Origin: Squalus acanthias | Taxonomy: Eukaryota | Direction of reading: 5' to 3' | DNA length: 64,000 bases | NCBI GenBank assembly: GCA_030390025.1 | Contig: JASTWF010000035.1 | Coordinates: 2,976,001-3,040,000 of the forward strand | Part shown: piece after piece, positions 25,044 to 39,420 of the stretch | How the letters are laid out: the number at the start of each line of letters is the position of its first letter | Position numbering within the stretch: the first letter of the stretch is position 1 | Made by a program: the position numbers and the translations under genes | The notes under the pieces: generated by a model | Told to the model about the DNA's origin: nothing | What the model saw: only the letters and a program-made list of their open reading frames with translations | Database searches by the model: none

Positions 25044-26234
25044 GTATGTCCACTTACAGAAAATAAAATGGATCTGTTTTTATTAGTCATATGATAATCA
25101 ATCAGCCTTCAGTTAATGCTTCACCACTGGCCAACAGGTGATGTTGCACTGAGAAGAAAGTTTCATTCAAAATAGAAGCTCCACACACAGCTTCAAATAG
25201 AGTATTCTTCAACCTATGTTTTTTCCTTAACTCCTATTATGTTTGAAATGGTCTACAGACTATGTTGGAATTTCCATTAGCTCTTTAGAAACCTATGAAA
25301 AGATTATTTGGCACCACAAGCCTGATTTCTCCCACACTTGCCTACTTCTCACCATATCTCTATCTGGAAGTGTCTCCATTTGTCTCTATTAAAACCTACC
25401 TCTTTGGTCAAGTTTTTGGTCACCTGTCTTAATATCTCCTTATATGGCTCAGTATCAAATTTTGTCTGATTACGTACCTGTGAAGCGCTTTGGGATGTTT
25501 TACTACGTTAAAGGTGCTATATAAATGCAAGTTCTTAATACCCTGTGTCCAGTGGCTTTCACTGGCAATTCATTTCATGTCATTAACTCTGTGGGAAAAG
25601 GCTCTGCCTGAATTACTGCTCCTTTTAAATTAAATCTCTTCTTTAAACCTGTGTTGGGGTGAACAATTTATATATCCAATATTATGAACCCACTTGATAA
25701 TTCTGAGAGCTTCTTTTAGGTCATCTTGAAGTAGCCTCTTTTCCAGTAAGAATAACCCAACTTCAGTAACCTCTGGTGAGATTCCAGAGGTCTTTTGTTG
25801 CCTAAACAGCACCATTTTAAGGGCAGCAGTTCCTTGCTTTGTTGAGGTGGCCACCACTACACACACTATTCCACATGGGGTTTTTTGCCAAATGATAAAT
25901 TCTCTTTTTTAATAAAAACATAATTAAATTAAATAATTGTATCAGCCAGAAACTTCAACACTCCCCCAGACCCTGCTGGTGGTGGGTGATTGGGTTGACT
26001 TTAATTTTAAAACAAAAAAAAGAGAATGAAAGGTACATATTGTTTACCCGTCTGATCCAGAACAGTGTGTCATAGCTGCCTCGCATTTTGTAAATTGATT
26101 AGCCTGTGTTAATTACGTGACTGATACCACATGGTTAACATGGACCAAACAGCAAGCAGGCAGAACCCTACAATCTTCGATGGACAGTGAGGTGTTGATG
26201 TGATTTTCATAGGCAACCTGGTCTTCTATTGTAG

Positions 26235-26428
26235 AGTTCTGCCCCAGAGAACCCGGTGATATCGCTGTTATTTTATGTCGCTAGTGACGGACATGGAGTA
26301 CTGCAGCCACACATTGAGGAGAAAAGGAGGCTAGTGGCAGTGTCAGGTTCTTCAGAGGAGCTGGGCAAATTCACAATCACCTTTCCAGCACCAACTGCCC
26401 TAAAATCCAGCAACCTTAAATATGCCAG
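26235..26428 (+). CDS. MOGS: MOGS coding exon 3 (absent from the ORF track)
   Basis: ttctattgtAG, then SSAPENPVISLLFYVASDGHGVLQP..SGSSEELGKFTITF..KYA, then GTGAG. Phases 0/2 fit the neighbouring exons. Confidence 0.92.
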
Positions 26429-26538
26429 GTGAGATTGTCTCTCTAGCAATTAAACTGTGGATATTTCTTTTTGAAAACATGTTGGAGGTCCACACTTATT
26501 TACGGAGCTATTATACATATAGGTGCACATTCACATAT

Positions 26539-27720
26539 ATGCAGTAGATGTAATTTATCTAGATTTTCAAAAGGCCTTCGATAAGGTACCCCATAATAGA
26601 CTGATGAACAAGGTCAGAGAATGCAGAGTCAGGAGACAAGTAGCGCAATGGATTGCTGGCTGGCTTCAGGACAGAAAGCAGAGAGTAGGGGTAGTGGCAG
26701 AAGGTGGTGTTCCACAAGGATCAGTGCTGGGACCACTGTTGTTCACAATTTATATCAACGATTTAGACTTTGGAATCAAAAACACAATTTCTAAATTTGC
26801 GGATGACACCAAATTGGGGGGGATAGTCAATACTGAGGAGGACTGCAACAAATTACATGAGGACATTAATAAACTTGCAGAATGGGCATATAATTGGCAA
26901 ATGAAGTTCAACACAGATAAATGTGAGGTATTACATTTTAGTAGGAAGAATAGGGAGGTCACTTATTACTTGGAGGGTGCGAGTCTAGGTGGGGTAGAGG
27001 AACAAAGGGATCTAGGAGTAAAATACACAAATCGCTAAAAGTTGCGACACAGGTTAGCAAGGCCATAAAAAAAAGCTAACCAGGCACTCGGGTTTATTTC
27101 TAGAGGGATTGAATTGAAAAGTAGGGAAGTTATGCTAAACCTGTATCGAACCTTGGTTAGACCACACTAAGGGTACTGCGTGCAGTTCTGGTCGCCATAT
27201 TATAAAAAGGATATAGAGGCACTGGAGAGGGTGCAGTGAAGATTTACAAGGATGATACCAGAAATACGAGGGTATACATATCAGGAAAGGATGAACAGGC
27301 TGGGTCTCTTTTTTCTTGAAAAAAGAAGGCTGAGGGGGTGACCTAATAGAGGTCTATAAAATTATGAAAGGTTTTGATAGAGTGGATACACAGAGAATGT
27401 TTCCACTTGTGGGGAAGAGCATAACTAGAGGCCATCAATATAAGATAGTCATCAAGAAATCAAATAGAGAATTCAGAAGAAACTTCTTTACCCAGAGAGT
27501 GGTGAGAATGTGGAACTCGCTACCACAGGGAGTGGTTGAAGCGAATAGTATAGATACATTTAAGGGGAGGCTAGACAAGCATATGAGGGAGAAGGGATTA
27601 GAGGGATATGCTGATAGAGTTAGATGAGGAAAGACGGGAGGAGGCTCGAGTGGAGCATAAACGCCGGCATGGACTGGTTGGGCCGAATAGCCTGTTTCTG
27701 TGCCGTATATCCTATGTAAT
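26539..27720 (+). mobile_element. 5'-truncated CR1
   Basis: [19 protein letters not shown] and FADDTK motifs through to the 3' tail. Confidence 0.92.
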
Positions 27721-27825
27721 ATATTTCTGGCACTATTATACATATAGATGTACATTCACAATTATCTACGGCTACATTCAGGTTTTTAGTGAGGTCACTG
27801 TGTTCAGGTGTATAATAACACACTT

Positions 27826-29190
27826 ATAAGAACATAAGAACATAAGAAATAGGAGCAGGAGTAGGCCAATCGGCCCCTCGAGCCTGCTCCGCCATTCAAT
27901 AAGATCATGGCTGATCTGATCCTAACCTCAAATCTAAAGAACACAAGAAGTAGGAGCAGGACCCGGCCACTCAGCCCCTGGGCCCGCTCCGCCACCCACA
28001 GGGCCTTGACCGATCCGAACTCAGCCTCATATCCAATTTCCTGCCCGCTCCCCGTAACCCCTAATTCCCTTTACTTCTAGGAAACTGTCTATTTCTGTTT
28101 TAAATTTATTTAATGATGTAGCTTCCTGGGGCAGCAAATTCCACAGATCTACTACCCTCTGAGTGAAGAAGTTTCTCCTCATCTCAGTTTTGAAAGAGCA
28201 GCCCCTTATTCTAAGATTATGCCCCCTAGTTCTAGTTTCACTCATCCTTGGGAACATCCTTACCGCATCCACCCGATCAAGCCCCTTCACAATCTTATAT
28301 GTTTCAATAAGATCGCCTCTCATTCTTCTGAACTCCAATGAGTAGAGTCCCAATCTACTCAACCTCTCCTCATATGTCCACCCCCTCATCCCCGGGATTA
28401 ACCGAGTGAACCTTCTTTGTACTGCCTCGAGAGCAAGTACGTCTTTTAAGTATGGACACCAAAACTGTATGCAGTATTCCAGGTGCGGTCTCACCAATAC
28501 CTTATATAACTGCAGCAATACCTCCCTGTTTTTATAATCTATCCCCCTAGCAATAAAAGCCAACATTCCGTTGGCCTTCTTGATCACCTGCTGCACCTGC
28601 ATACTAACTTTTTGATTTTCTTGCACTAGGACCCCCAGATCCCTTTGTACTGCAGTACTTTCCAGAATAACTTGCTCTCTGATTTTTCCTGCCAAAGTGC
28701 ATAACCTCACATTTTCCAATATTGTATTGCATCTGCCAAATCTCCGCCCACTCACCCAGCCTGTCTATATCCCCTTGTAGGTTTTTTATGTCCTCCTCAC
28801 TTTCTACTTTCCCTCCCATCTTTGTATCATCTGCAAACTTTGATGTGTTACACTCGGTCCCCTCCTCCAAATCGTTAATATAGATTGTAAAGAGTTGGGG
28901 ACCCAGCACCGACCCCTGCGGAACACCACTGGCTACTGGTTGCCAGTCCGAGAATGAACCATTTATCCCAACTCTCTGCTTCCTGTTAGATAACCAATCC
29001 TCCACCCATGCCAGAATATTACCCCCAATCCAGTGATTTTTTTATCTTGAGCAATAATCTTTTATGTGGCACCTTGTCGAATGCCTTCTGGAAGTCTAAA
29101 TACACTACGTCCACTGGTTCCCCTTTATCCACCCTGTACGTTATGTCCTCAAAGAACTCAAGCAAATTTGTCAGACATGACTTCCCCTTA
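27826..29190 (-). mobile_element. 5'-truncated CR1 with tandemly duplicated 3' UTR
   Basis: RT ORFs at 28027-29276; two successive 3'UTR copies at 27826-27931 and 27937-28030. Confidence 0.9.
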
Positions 29191-30121
29191 TAACAGTGAA
29201 CAATTCCAGATGTAGTTAATGGAATCATTGCATATACTGACTGCACGGTGTCTGCAAACGCAGTGTCTTGCCACATCAGGCTGCTTGAACAAGGAACAGT
29301 TAATGTTGAGAGACTGAGGTAGTTTGTTTGACTCTGGACTCTGGGGGTTCTTTAGCCTTGGGGTGTTGGGGAGAGACCCTGCATATTGGTGGTCAGAAAT
29401 CCTTTAACTCTATGAGGGAGTTGTACTGAGGGAATCCTACTGATGTTTGTGGAGAAATTGTTCATACTGAATATCCCCAACTTATTTCCCTTCAGCTTTG
29501 GAGTGATACCTCTAGGGAAAACATCAAGTCTGAGCCCAGGTTTTTGGGAGAGGCTGGGGCCTTCAAGTAAATATATAAATTTTCATGAGTTACATGTGAG
29601 CCAGGATTGTTACAGAATTGTGATTTTGAATAGCTGAAACTAAAAAAAAAAGTGAGATTTCAGACTGTAGCAGACAAGAAGCATGTGCTATTGTACCATT
29701 TTAAATAGTTAATTTTGGAGGTCCTTTTCCCACTAGTTTTCCCCCTCTGTGCTTTCTCTAGCCTACACATGGCCTGTTGATAAGAGGCACTGTGCAGCCC
29801 ATGAAAGCACAAAGGGGAAAATTTGGTGGAAAAATACGTGCAGCAGCCATACAACAATTCTACCTCCTGTGAGGAGCTGTGTGACCTTTCATCAGAATCT
29901 CTTCCCCACTTCCCTCTTGTTGAGATAGGGAGCTCAGTGAAGCAGGCATATTGAAGATGCTTTTCATCACTCTACTGGTGCCAAACCATGCCATACCGCC
30001 ATCACAGAACTGCAGTAAAACTGGCTGATAGAGAATGCTGCAGAACACTCCCTGTTTCAACTCGAGTTTATTTGTTGCTCCTTCTCACCACCTGTTTTCT
30101 TTTTTCTTTCATTTTTAACAG

Positions 30122-31865
30122 TTACAACTATCTAAAGGCACCCTGTCCAAGTTTGGAGATGATGACAGACATTGTGAAAAATAGCTTGAATGGCCGTTTT
30201 GTGTACAGCTCCGCGTCTGCTGCCAGGCGGTACTACATCGGCGTGGACACCTACAGGCCACCCCCAGAACAAGGTGGTGACACCCAGCAAAACAACTTCT
30301 TGGTTCATCAAGTAACTGTGCAGGTTCCCTTTGAGGTTGAAGTCTTGTTTGAGTCTGAAAGTTTCACAGATCGATCCAATCATTTTGCTGGGGAGGTCTT
30401 CACAAATGAGCTGGAGAGGTGGAAACAATCATTTGATGAAAAATTTGATACCATTTTCCAATTGCCAGATAAGGGCTTTCCCCCTCAACAAATTAAATTT
30501 GCTAAAGCTGTTTTCAGTAATACAGTTGGTGGGATGGGGTATTTCTACGGTCAGTCATATGTTCAGTCTAAATACAATGAGTACCCATTGCCTTACCTGG
30601 AGGGCCCACTCTACACTGCAGTTCCATCTCGTTCATTCTTTCCCCGAGGATTCCTCTGGGATGAAGGGTTCCATCAACTTCTGATCAGTAAATGGGATCC
30701 ATCTATTAGTAAAGAGGTGATTGGACACTGGTTAGATATGATGAATGTCGAAGGTTGGATACCCAGAGAGCAGATTCTGGACAATGAGGCACGCAGTAAA
30801 GTGCCAGCAGAGTTTATCGTACAGAGAAATGAAAATGCCAATCCTCCTACACTCTTCCTGACATTACAAAAACTGATAGAAGATTTAAATGGGCGATTGA
30901 CTGCAGAAGACAAGACTTACCTGAAGAGACTCTTTCCACGTTTGAAAACTTGGTACGATTGGTACAATTCAACCCAAGTTGGGTCCCTACCATCAACCTA
31001 TCGTTGGAGGGGTCGCGACACTGACACCAACCTGTTCCTCAATCCAAAAACTCTGACCTCTGGACTTGATGATTACCCACGAGCATCACACCCTTCTGAG
31101 GATGAACGTCATGTGGATCTTCGCTGCTGGATGACATTAGCATCGAAGATTATGACAGATATTGCAAAAATCCTTGGAGTACCACATCAAGACTATCAGA
31201 ACATGTACGAAAAACTGAGTGACAACTCTTTGCTTCAAGAACTGCACTGGTCTGAGGATCTGAAGGCATTCAGTGATTATGGGAATCATACTCAGTCCAT
31301 CATTCTAGAGCGAGAGAAGATCTATGTGCCACCTGGTCAGCCTCGACAGCATGTCCAACCTGCCAGGCTTATCCGTTCTGTTCGGAAACAACCAAAGCCT
31401 CAGTATGTGAATGCTTTTGGCTATGTGAGCCTGTTCCCATTCCTGCTTCAAATCCTGCAACCTGATTCCCCAAACCTTCAACATATCTTAAAGGATATGA
31501 GGGACGAGGAGAAACTCTGGACCCCTTACGGCCTACGCTCACTTTCAAAATCCAGCCCCCTCTACTTGAAACGCAACACTGAATATGACCCACCTTACTG
31601 GCGTGGCCCCATTTGGATTAACATGAACTACCTTGTAGTTCGGGCACTGCATTATTATTCCACTCAAAGCGGACCATATAGAGAAATGGCAGCAACACTA
31701 TACCAGGAGCTGAGGACTAACCTCATATCAAATATGTATAAGCAGTTTGTACAGACCGGTTACTTGTGGGAGCAATATAACGATAGTACTGGCAGAGGGC
31801 AGGGTAGTCACCCCTTTACTGGTTGGTCTTCCCTGATAGTTCTAATAATGGCCGAGCAATATTAA
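30122..31865 (+). CDS. MOGS: MOGS coding exon 4 (GH63 catalytic domain)
   Basis: PSRSFFPRGFLWDEGFH, TSGLDDYPR, ERHVDLRCW, YWRGPIWIN, WEQY and FTGW motifs. Acceptor at 30121. Spliced CDS is 361+221+194+1744=2520 nt, 839 aa. Confidence 0.97.
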
Positions 31866-32366
31866 TGCTCTCACCGGTGTCATCCCATATAACGGTTTAG
31901 GGCTGTGCCTAGGGATTATTTTGTGATTGAATATTTCCTTATTTCAATGACTGAATCTTTCAATACATGAAATAGTCTGGTTAAACTTCCCTGCATGTTA
32001 ATGGGAGAGGAATTCATCATCGTTGCGCATGTTTTATGGGCGTAAAACAGGCACATTGATGACAAATTTAGCAGTGCAACAGCTTGAGTCCAATCTGCAC
32101 GTGTGTTCGGCGACTGCTAAATTTACAGGGCCTTTATTAGGCGGCCCTGGCGGCTGCCTAAAACAGGGATTAGGCCCCTTGAATATGTTAATGAAGGGCC
32201 TAATGCTTGTTTAAGGTCCCATTGGAGAAATTGGTAAGCATTCAGCAGAGCCGGCGCCAGGCACAAGCCGCGCTGGTTCCAGTGCTGGCAACAAACGGGT
32301 ACGCTTCTCTAAAAACATTCACTTTAATGTAGAGCCAGGAGGAGTGGTCCACGCAGTTCACAGCAC

Positions 32367-32880
32367 TACTGAGAGCCCCTGTCAACCCACAATCGCCCCC
32401 TACCCCCCCCCCCCCCCCCCCGGACTTACTGAGAGCCCCTGTCAACCCACAATCGCCCCCTACCCTCCCCCCAGACTTACTGAGAGCCCCTGTCAACCCA
32501 CAATCGCCCCCTACCCCCTCCCCCGGACTTACTGAGAGCCCCTGTCAACCCACAATCGCCCCCTACCCCCTCCCCCGGACTTACTGAGAGCCCCTGTCAA
32601 CCCACAATCGCCCCCTACCCTCCCCCGGACTTACTGAGAGCCCCTGTCAACCCACAATCGCCCCCTACCCTCCCCCCAGACTTACTGAGAGCCCCTGTCA
32701 ACCCACAATCGCCCCCTACCCTCCCCCGGACTTACTGAGAGCCCCTGTCAACCCACAATCGCCCCCTACCCCCTCCCCCAGACTTACTGAGAGCCCCTGT
32801 CAACCCACAATCGCCCCCTACCCCCTCCCCCGGACTTACTGAGAGCCCCTGTCAACCCACAATCGTACCCGCCCCCCCCC
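32367..32880. repeat. Minisatellite, about 10 copies of a 50-53 bp C-rich unit
   Basis: Unit ACTTACTGAGAGCCCCTGTCAACCCACAATCGCCCCCTACCCTCCCCCGG. Confidence 0.95.
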
Positions 32881-33424
32881 CATCCCAACCCCTTGCAGGA
32901 GTTACCTGAGAGCCTCGCTCTTTCCAGTTCCCTACCTTGTAAAAGTAAATCCCAACTTAATTTATAATGAATGGATTTCTTATTAAAGTTCTAGTTTCGA
33001 GGTTTAATATCCTGGCTCCCTTTACTTCACTGATGAGTGATTGGATGAGTGTCATTCACACTCTTCAGAGACTGTGTTCAACTCCTCACATACCCAAAGG
33101 AGACAGATTGCTGTTTGATGTATTTGAATGAGTAGATGAAGGACTCCATGTTAGGTTTAATGGGGGTCTGCTAATTCTGCCACTATTGTAATCCTCTGTT
33201 AACAGACTAAAGGTCGCTAATGTTTCTTTGATACCAGAATCTGAACGGCTGGACCAATATGTACCACAATAACTGGTTTTATAGGAAGACTGTTAATTTC
33301 GAGTTTGGAATCTGTCCTCTTTAATTAATGCCTTTCATAGGTTTATATTCAATCCCTCCAGTGCCCCATGGGTCCACGTGTATGTTTGCAGTGCTGAATT
33401 TCTCATTTTGTGTGACATTTTGTA

Positions 33425-33430
33425 AATAAA
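33425..33430 (+). terminator. Candidate MOGS polyadenylation signal
   Basis: First canonical AATAAA I found downstream of the stop codon. Confidence 0.3.
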
Positions 33431-33709
33431 TTGATGTCAAGTGGAAGAAATCAGGTAGTGGCAACTTCAAAACAAGTGGTCAAGAACACAAGATATCCAC
33501 CTACATCACAAGGCTATCTGTAGGATATGTAGAGGATACACTGCACGTAAACTAAACAATATTGGGCAAGCTCTGGTGACCTCAGACAAAGTTTCATTTT
33601 TCTAAAACTGACCATTCCTATTGTGTATTCCTTATAGAATGTGTATGTGTTATAAACGCACTCTGAAAATGACACAAAATTTATTTGCTTCTGGAGTGTA
33701 ACTGCTGTA

Positions 33710-35825
33710 TGGAACAAAGGAACAGGAGGAGGCCAATCAGCCCCTCAAGCCTGTTCCGTCATTGAATTAGATCATGTCTGATCTGTACCTCAACTCCATT
33801 TACCCGCCTTTGATACATGGCCCTTGATACCCTTACCTAACAAAAATCGATCAATCTCCGTGTTTAAAGCTCCAGTTGACTCCCAGCATCCACAGCTTTT
33901 TATAGAACCATAGAATAGCACAGAAGGAGGCCATTGGGCCCATCGAGTCTGTGCCGGCTCTTTCGAAGAGCAATCCAGTTAGTCCCACTCCCCCACTCTT
34001 TCCCCATAACCCTCCAATTTTTTCTCCTTCAAGTATTTATCCAATTCCCTTATGAAGGCTGCTATTGAATCTGTATCCACCGCCCTATCAGGCAGTGCTT
34101 TCCAAATCCTAAACACTCGTCGCATAAAAAAGTTTTCCCTCATGTGGCGTCTGGTTGTTTTGGGGTAGAGTTCCAGATTTCCACTACCCTTTGTGTGGAA
34201 AAGTGCTTTGTGATTTCATTCCTGAATGCCTGAGCTGTAATGAGACTGTGCCCCCACCAGAGGAAATAGTTTCTCTGTGTCTACCCTAATGAATCCCTTT
34301 ATCATTTTAAACACCGAGATTAGATCAGCCCTCAACCATCTAAACTCAAGGGAATACAAGCCCAGTCTGTGTAACCTGTCCTCATCATTTAACCCTTTTG
34401 GCCCCGGTATCATTCTGGTGAATCTGCGCTGCTCCCTCCAAGGCCAATCTATCCTTCCTGAGGTGCGGGGCCCAGAACGGAACGCAGTGTCCAGATGGGG
34501 TCTGACCAAGGCTTTCTACAATTGAAGCATCACTTTCAACCCTTTGTATTCTAACCCCCTTGAGAAAAAGGCCAACATTCCATTAGCCTTTTTGATTACT
34601 TTACATGTGAACTAAATTTTAGTGATTTGTGTACCTGGACATGCAAATTCCATGCTCCACCACAGTTTCTAGTCTCTTGCCATTTAGAAAATATTCTGAT
34701 TTATTTTCTTGGATTCAAAGTGGATGACCTGACACTTCCCCACATTGAACTCCATCTGCCCACTCAGTTAATCTGCCTGTCCCTTTTGTAACCCCCTGCA
34801 CCCACCTACACTATTTGCTGTGCCAGCTAACATAGTGCCATCGGCAAACTTGGATGCACAACTCTCAGACACGACTTACCCTTCACAAACCCATGCTGAA
34901 TCTCTTTGATCAGCTCATATTTGTTAAAATGATAGATTCCAGTAACTTCCCCGCAACTGACATTAAACTGACAGATCTGTAGTTTTCTGGTTTCTCCCTC
35001 CTGTCTTAAATAATGGAGTAAAATTTGCAATTTTCCAATCCAAGGGCATAATTCCTGAATCTAGAGTGCTTTGGAAAATTATGACAACCACATCTGCAAT
35101 TTCCCCACCTATTTTAATACCCCGGAGTGGAAACCATCAGGTCCTGGAGATTTGTCCTCTTATTTTCTCCATTACTATTTTTTAACATTAAATCCTCTGA
35201 GTTCCTCCCCCTGATTATTTTTCCGTTCCCTTGTACCGCTGGTATTTTGTCCTCCCACCATTGTGAAAATGGGTACAAAGTATTCCTTTAACAAGTCTGT
35301 CATTTCCTTATTATCCATTATAGCCTTGCCTGCATCCATCTTCAATAGCCCACATTTCCCTTTACCAATTCCTTTCTCAATATATTTATAATAACTTTTA
35401 CTGTTAGTTTTGATATCGCTCTCAAGCTTTTGTTCATACTCCCTTTTTGCACCTCATTACTTCCTTTATATCCGTTTTTTTATAATTATCCCAGTCTGTT
35501 GGATTTCCGCTCTGTTTTGCATTGTGTAAACCTTTTCTTTTACCGTGATACTTCCCACTGTTTGTCTATAGCTTTACCCATTAATAGCTCAGCCCAGTCT
35601 ACTGTGGGCAGTTTATTACTAGTCCCTTTGAAGTTTATAATTTAAATCCTTGGTTTGTGCTTCTCCCTCAAACCGAATAATCAAATTCAATCATATTATG
35701 GTCACTATTTGCAAGATGTTCCCTCACAGTCAGTATGAGTGTAACCTAGTCTGCAACTGCAGATACCTGGAGTTCCAAATCGGGACCCCAATTCTCCAGT
35801 CTCCCGTGTCGATTGAATTATTTAT
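33710..35825 (-). mobile_element. Old deleted CR1 with a nested CR1 3' end (about 33903-34160)
   Basis: Decayed RT fragments and two different 3' tails. Confidence 0.78.
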
Positions 35826-35899
35826 TTAGTGCACCAAGTGTTTTCCATTCAGGTCAACTGAGAGTTTTCACACTCGTGGTACATTTTGTATCACATACG

Positions 35900-37835
35900 A
35901 ATCCCTTCAGGTACTTATACAATTCCCTTCTGAAAGCCACGATTGAGTCTGCCTCCACCAGCCTTTCAGGCAGCGCATTCCAGATCATAACCAGACGCTG
36001 CGTAAACAAGTTTTTTCTTACGTCGCCTTTGGTTCTTTTGCCAATCACCTTAAATCTGTGTCCTCTGGTTCTCGACCCTTCCGCCACTGGGATCAGTTTC
36101 TCTCTGTCTAGACCCCTCATGATTTTGAACACCTCTATCAAATCTCCTCTCAACCTTCTCTGCTCCAAGGAGAACAACCCTAGCTTCTCCAGTCTATCCA
36201 CCTAACTGAAGTCCCTCATCCCTGGAACCATTCTAGTAAATCTTTTCTGCACCCTCTCTAAGGCCTTTACATCCTTCCTAAAGTGTGGTGCCCAGAATTG
36301 GACACAGTACTCCAGTTGAGGCCGAACCAGTGTTTTATACAGGTTCATCATAATTTCCACGCTTTTGTACTCTATACCTCTATTCATGAAGCCCAGGATC
36401 CCATAAGCTTTTTTAACTGCTTTCTCAACCTGCCCTGACACCTTCAATGATTTATGTACATATACCCCCAGGTCTCTCTGTTCATGCACCCACTTTAGGA
36501 TTGTACCCTTTAGTTTATATTTCCTCTCTTCATTGTTTCTACCAAAATGTATCACTTCGCGCTTTTCTGCATTAAATTTCATCTGCTATGTGTCCGCCCA
36601 TTCCACCAGCCTGTCTATGTCTTCCTGAAGTCTATCACTCTACTCCTCACTGTTCACTATACTTCCAAGTTTTGTGTCATCTGCAAATTTTGAAATTGTG
36701 CCCTGTACACCCACATCCAAGTCATTAATAAATATCAAGAAAAGCAGTGGTCCTAGAACCGACCCCTGGGGAACACCACTGTATACCTTCCTCCAGTCTG
36801 AAAAACAACTGTTCACCACTACTCTCTGTTTCCTGTCACTTAGCCAATTTTGTATCCATGCTGCCACTGTCCCTTTTATTCCATGGGCTTCAACTTTGCT
36901 GGCACTTTGTCGAATACCTTTTGGAAATCCATGTACACTACGTCAACCGCATTGCCCTCATTAACCCTCTGTTACCTCATCAAAAATCGATCAAGTTGGT
37001 TAAACACGATTTGCCTTCAACAAATCCATGCTGGCTTTCCTTATTTATTCCACACTTGTCCAAGTGACTGTTAATTTGTCCCTGATTATTGTTTCTAAAA
37101 GCTTCCCCACTACCGAGGTTAAATTGACTGGCCTGTAGTTGCTGGGTTTATCTTTACACCCTTTTTTGAACAAGGGTGTAACATTTGCAATTCTCCAGTC
37201 CTCTGGCACCACCCCCGTTTCTAAGGAGGATTGAAATATTATGGCCAGTACCTCCACGATTTCTTCCTTAACCTCCCTCAGCATCCTAGGATGCATTCCA
37301 TCCGGTCCTGGTGACTTATCTACTTTAAGTACAGCCAACCTTTCTAGTACCTCCTCTTTATCAATTTTTATCCCATCCTGTATCTCCACTACCTCCTCTT
37401 TCACTATGACTTTGGCAGCATCTTCTTCCTTGGTGATGACAGATGCAAAGTACTCATTTAGTACCTCAGCCATGGCCTCTGCCTCCATGCGTAGGTCTCC
37501 TGTTTGGTCCCTAATCGGCCCCACCCCTCCTCTTACTACCTGTTTACTATTTATATGCCTATAGAAGACTTACATAGAAACATAGAAGATAGGAGCAGGA
37601 GTAGGCCATTCAGCCCCTCGAGCCTGCTCCGCCATTCGATGAGATCATGGCTGATCATCCAAATTCAGTACCCTGTCCCTGCCTTCTCTCCATATCCCTT
37701 GATCCCTTTAGTTTTAAGAAATATATCTAACTTTTGGATTCCCTTTTATGTTAGCTGCCATTCTATTCTCATACGCTCTCTTTGCCCCTCTTATTTTCTT
37801 TATCACTTCCCCTCTGAACTTTCTATATTCAGCCT
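35900..37835 (-). mobile_element. CR1 LINE RT region with nested CR1 3' end (37573-37730)
   Basis: ORFs 35854-37524 carry RT motifs; second tail ACATAGAAACATAG at 37572. Confidence 0.9.
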
Positions 37836-38749
37836 GCAGTAGTGCTCGGCTTCATTGAAAATATTTAGGAAACCGGTTTCCTAATCAAAAGGTAGGACAA
37901 ATTACGTTAATGTTTAAGCAAGTGGGCTTGAAGTAAGCAGTACACATGTAAGTAGATAGGGCCCTGCAGTAGCAGAGTGGTCCATCAAGGTGTTGACAGT
38001 TGAGAGCTCGTGGGAACTATTGGGGAATGGCTGGTCTTTAGACCTGGTTATCTGGCCGCACCCCACCAAACAACCACATGCATTAATACAGCGCCTTTAA
38101 TGTAGAAACACATCCCAAAGTGCTTCACAGTGGCAGAATCAAAAAAATGGACGTCGAGTCAAAGAAGGAGAATTGGGGGCTTGGGGGAAACTAAATGGTT
38201 GATCAGAGAGGTGGATTTTAAGAAAGGTCTTAAAGGAGGTGGAGAGGCGGAGGAGTTTGGGGAGGGAATTCCAGAGTGTGAGGCCTGGGCTAAAGGCATG
38301 GCCTCCAATGGTGGGGCAAAATGGAGGGATATACCCTGAGGAATTGGCTCTGACTCATTCCATTGCTTTTCAAACTTTATTATCCTGGTCAATCAGAAAT
38401 CATGCTGTATTTTCTGATGGGCAAAAAATGAATTTAAGTGAAACCATACAAAATGACAAGACTGGTTTCCTATTAGTGCAGGTTTGAATTTTTTAAGTCA
38501 ACAGTTTTCATACAATAGAGAATGTTTACTATTGTAACAATGATGAAGATATTTTACTGTTAGTGTTAATGGGAGGATATTGTACTGAATTTCAACAGAA
38601 TCCTAAATGCTACAAAAGGAAATGTCTAGACACTCTCTCTCCCTCATAGCTGGTTAAAATCTGCTGGTCAGAGCAGCAAATAGATGTTTCATGTAGAATT
38701 CATGATAAAATAGGACATGTAGCTGTATGTCCTTAAAACATGTGACCCA

Positions 38750-39420
38750 AGGACCGGAATTTCCTGAAAACGTGCGCTGAAACAGCAGTGTAAGTACACC
38801 ATAATGCCAATTTTCGGTGCAAAGGTCAAGGATATTCGGACGCAAGTGACTTATGTCCGTTTTTACAATGCGCCCAAATTTCCTCAATTTTTTACACCGA
38901 TTCAACAAAACCATCTGCTGCTCATTAACATAGCCCCACCCCCATCAAAATTACAGCTCACCCAAATTTCTTGCATTTCCGCCAGTTCTAAACAGGCTGT
39001 AAATTTATGCCTAAAATTGTAGGTGCAACAGGACCTAAAGTAATATTTCTGGTGTTTTATTCTGATTTTTTTATTATTTCTCCTCACGGAGGTGTACAAT
39101 GTATTTTCTGTATATGAATGCATGTTTTTTGCATCAGAATGATTGGCATTAAAAATTGAAAAATGTCCATGATTGCATTTACTTAAAGATGCTGTCTCTC
39201 CTGTGTGTAAATGATGGTTTAAGAGCTTCAAACTTTAATTTTCATGCATATAGAGGGACTTGAAAAAGGAATATGGTGTAAATTTGGCACTTTCATCAGG
39301 CCACGAGCGCAGATTTCCACTTATTTCACGCCCATTTTTACATTCTGGCGTAAGCTAATGTGATTCTCAGGAAATTTCGGCGTAACTTGCCAGTTATGCC
39401 GTTTCAGGAAATTGTGGCCT
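38750..39420. mobile_element. Decayed MITE-like DNA element
   Basis: Imperfect TIRs AGGACCGGAATTTCCTGAAAAC / GTTTCAGGAAATTGTGGCCT. Confidence 0.55.

Noticed and set aside
29988..30121. N-terminal 45 aa of the 625-aa ORF
   Set aside because: Intronic read-through of the polypyrimidine tract; the exon begins at 30122.
35430..35645. Duplicated 71-aa 'gene' (also 42688-42903)
   Set aside because: Antisense frame of decayed CR1 with a non-ATG start; only the DNA identity is meaningful.
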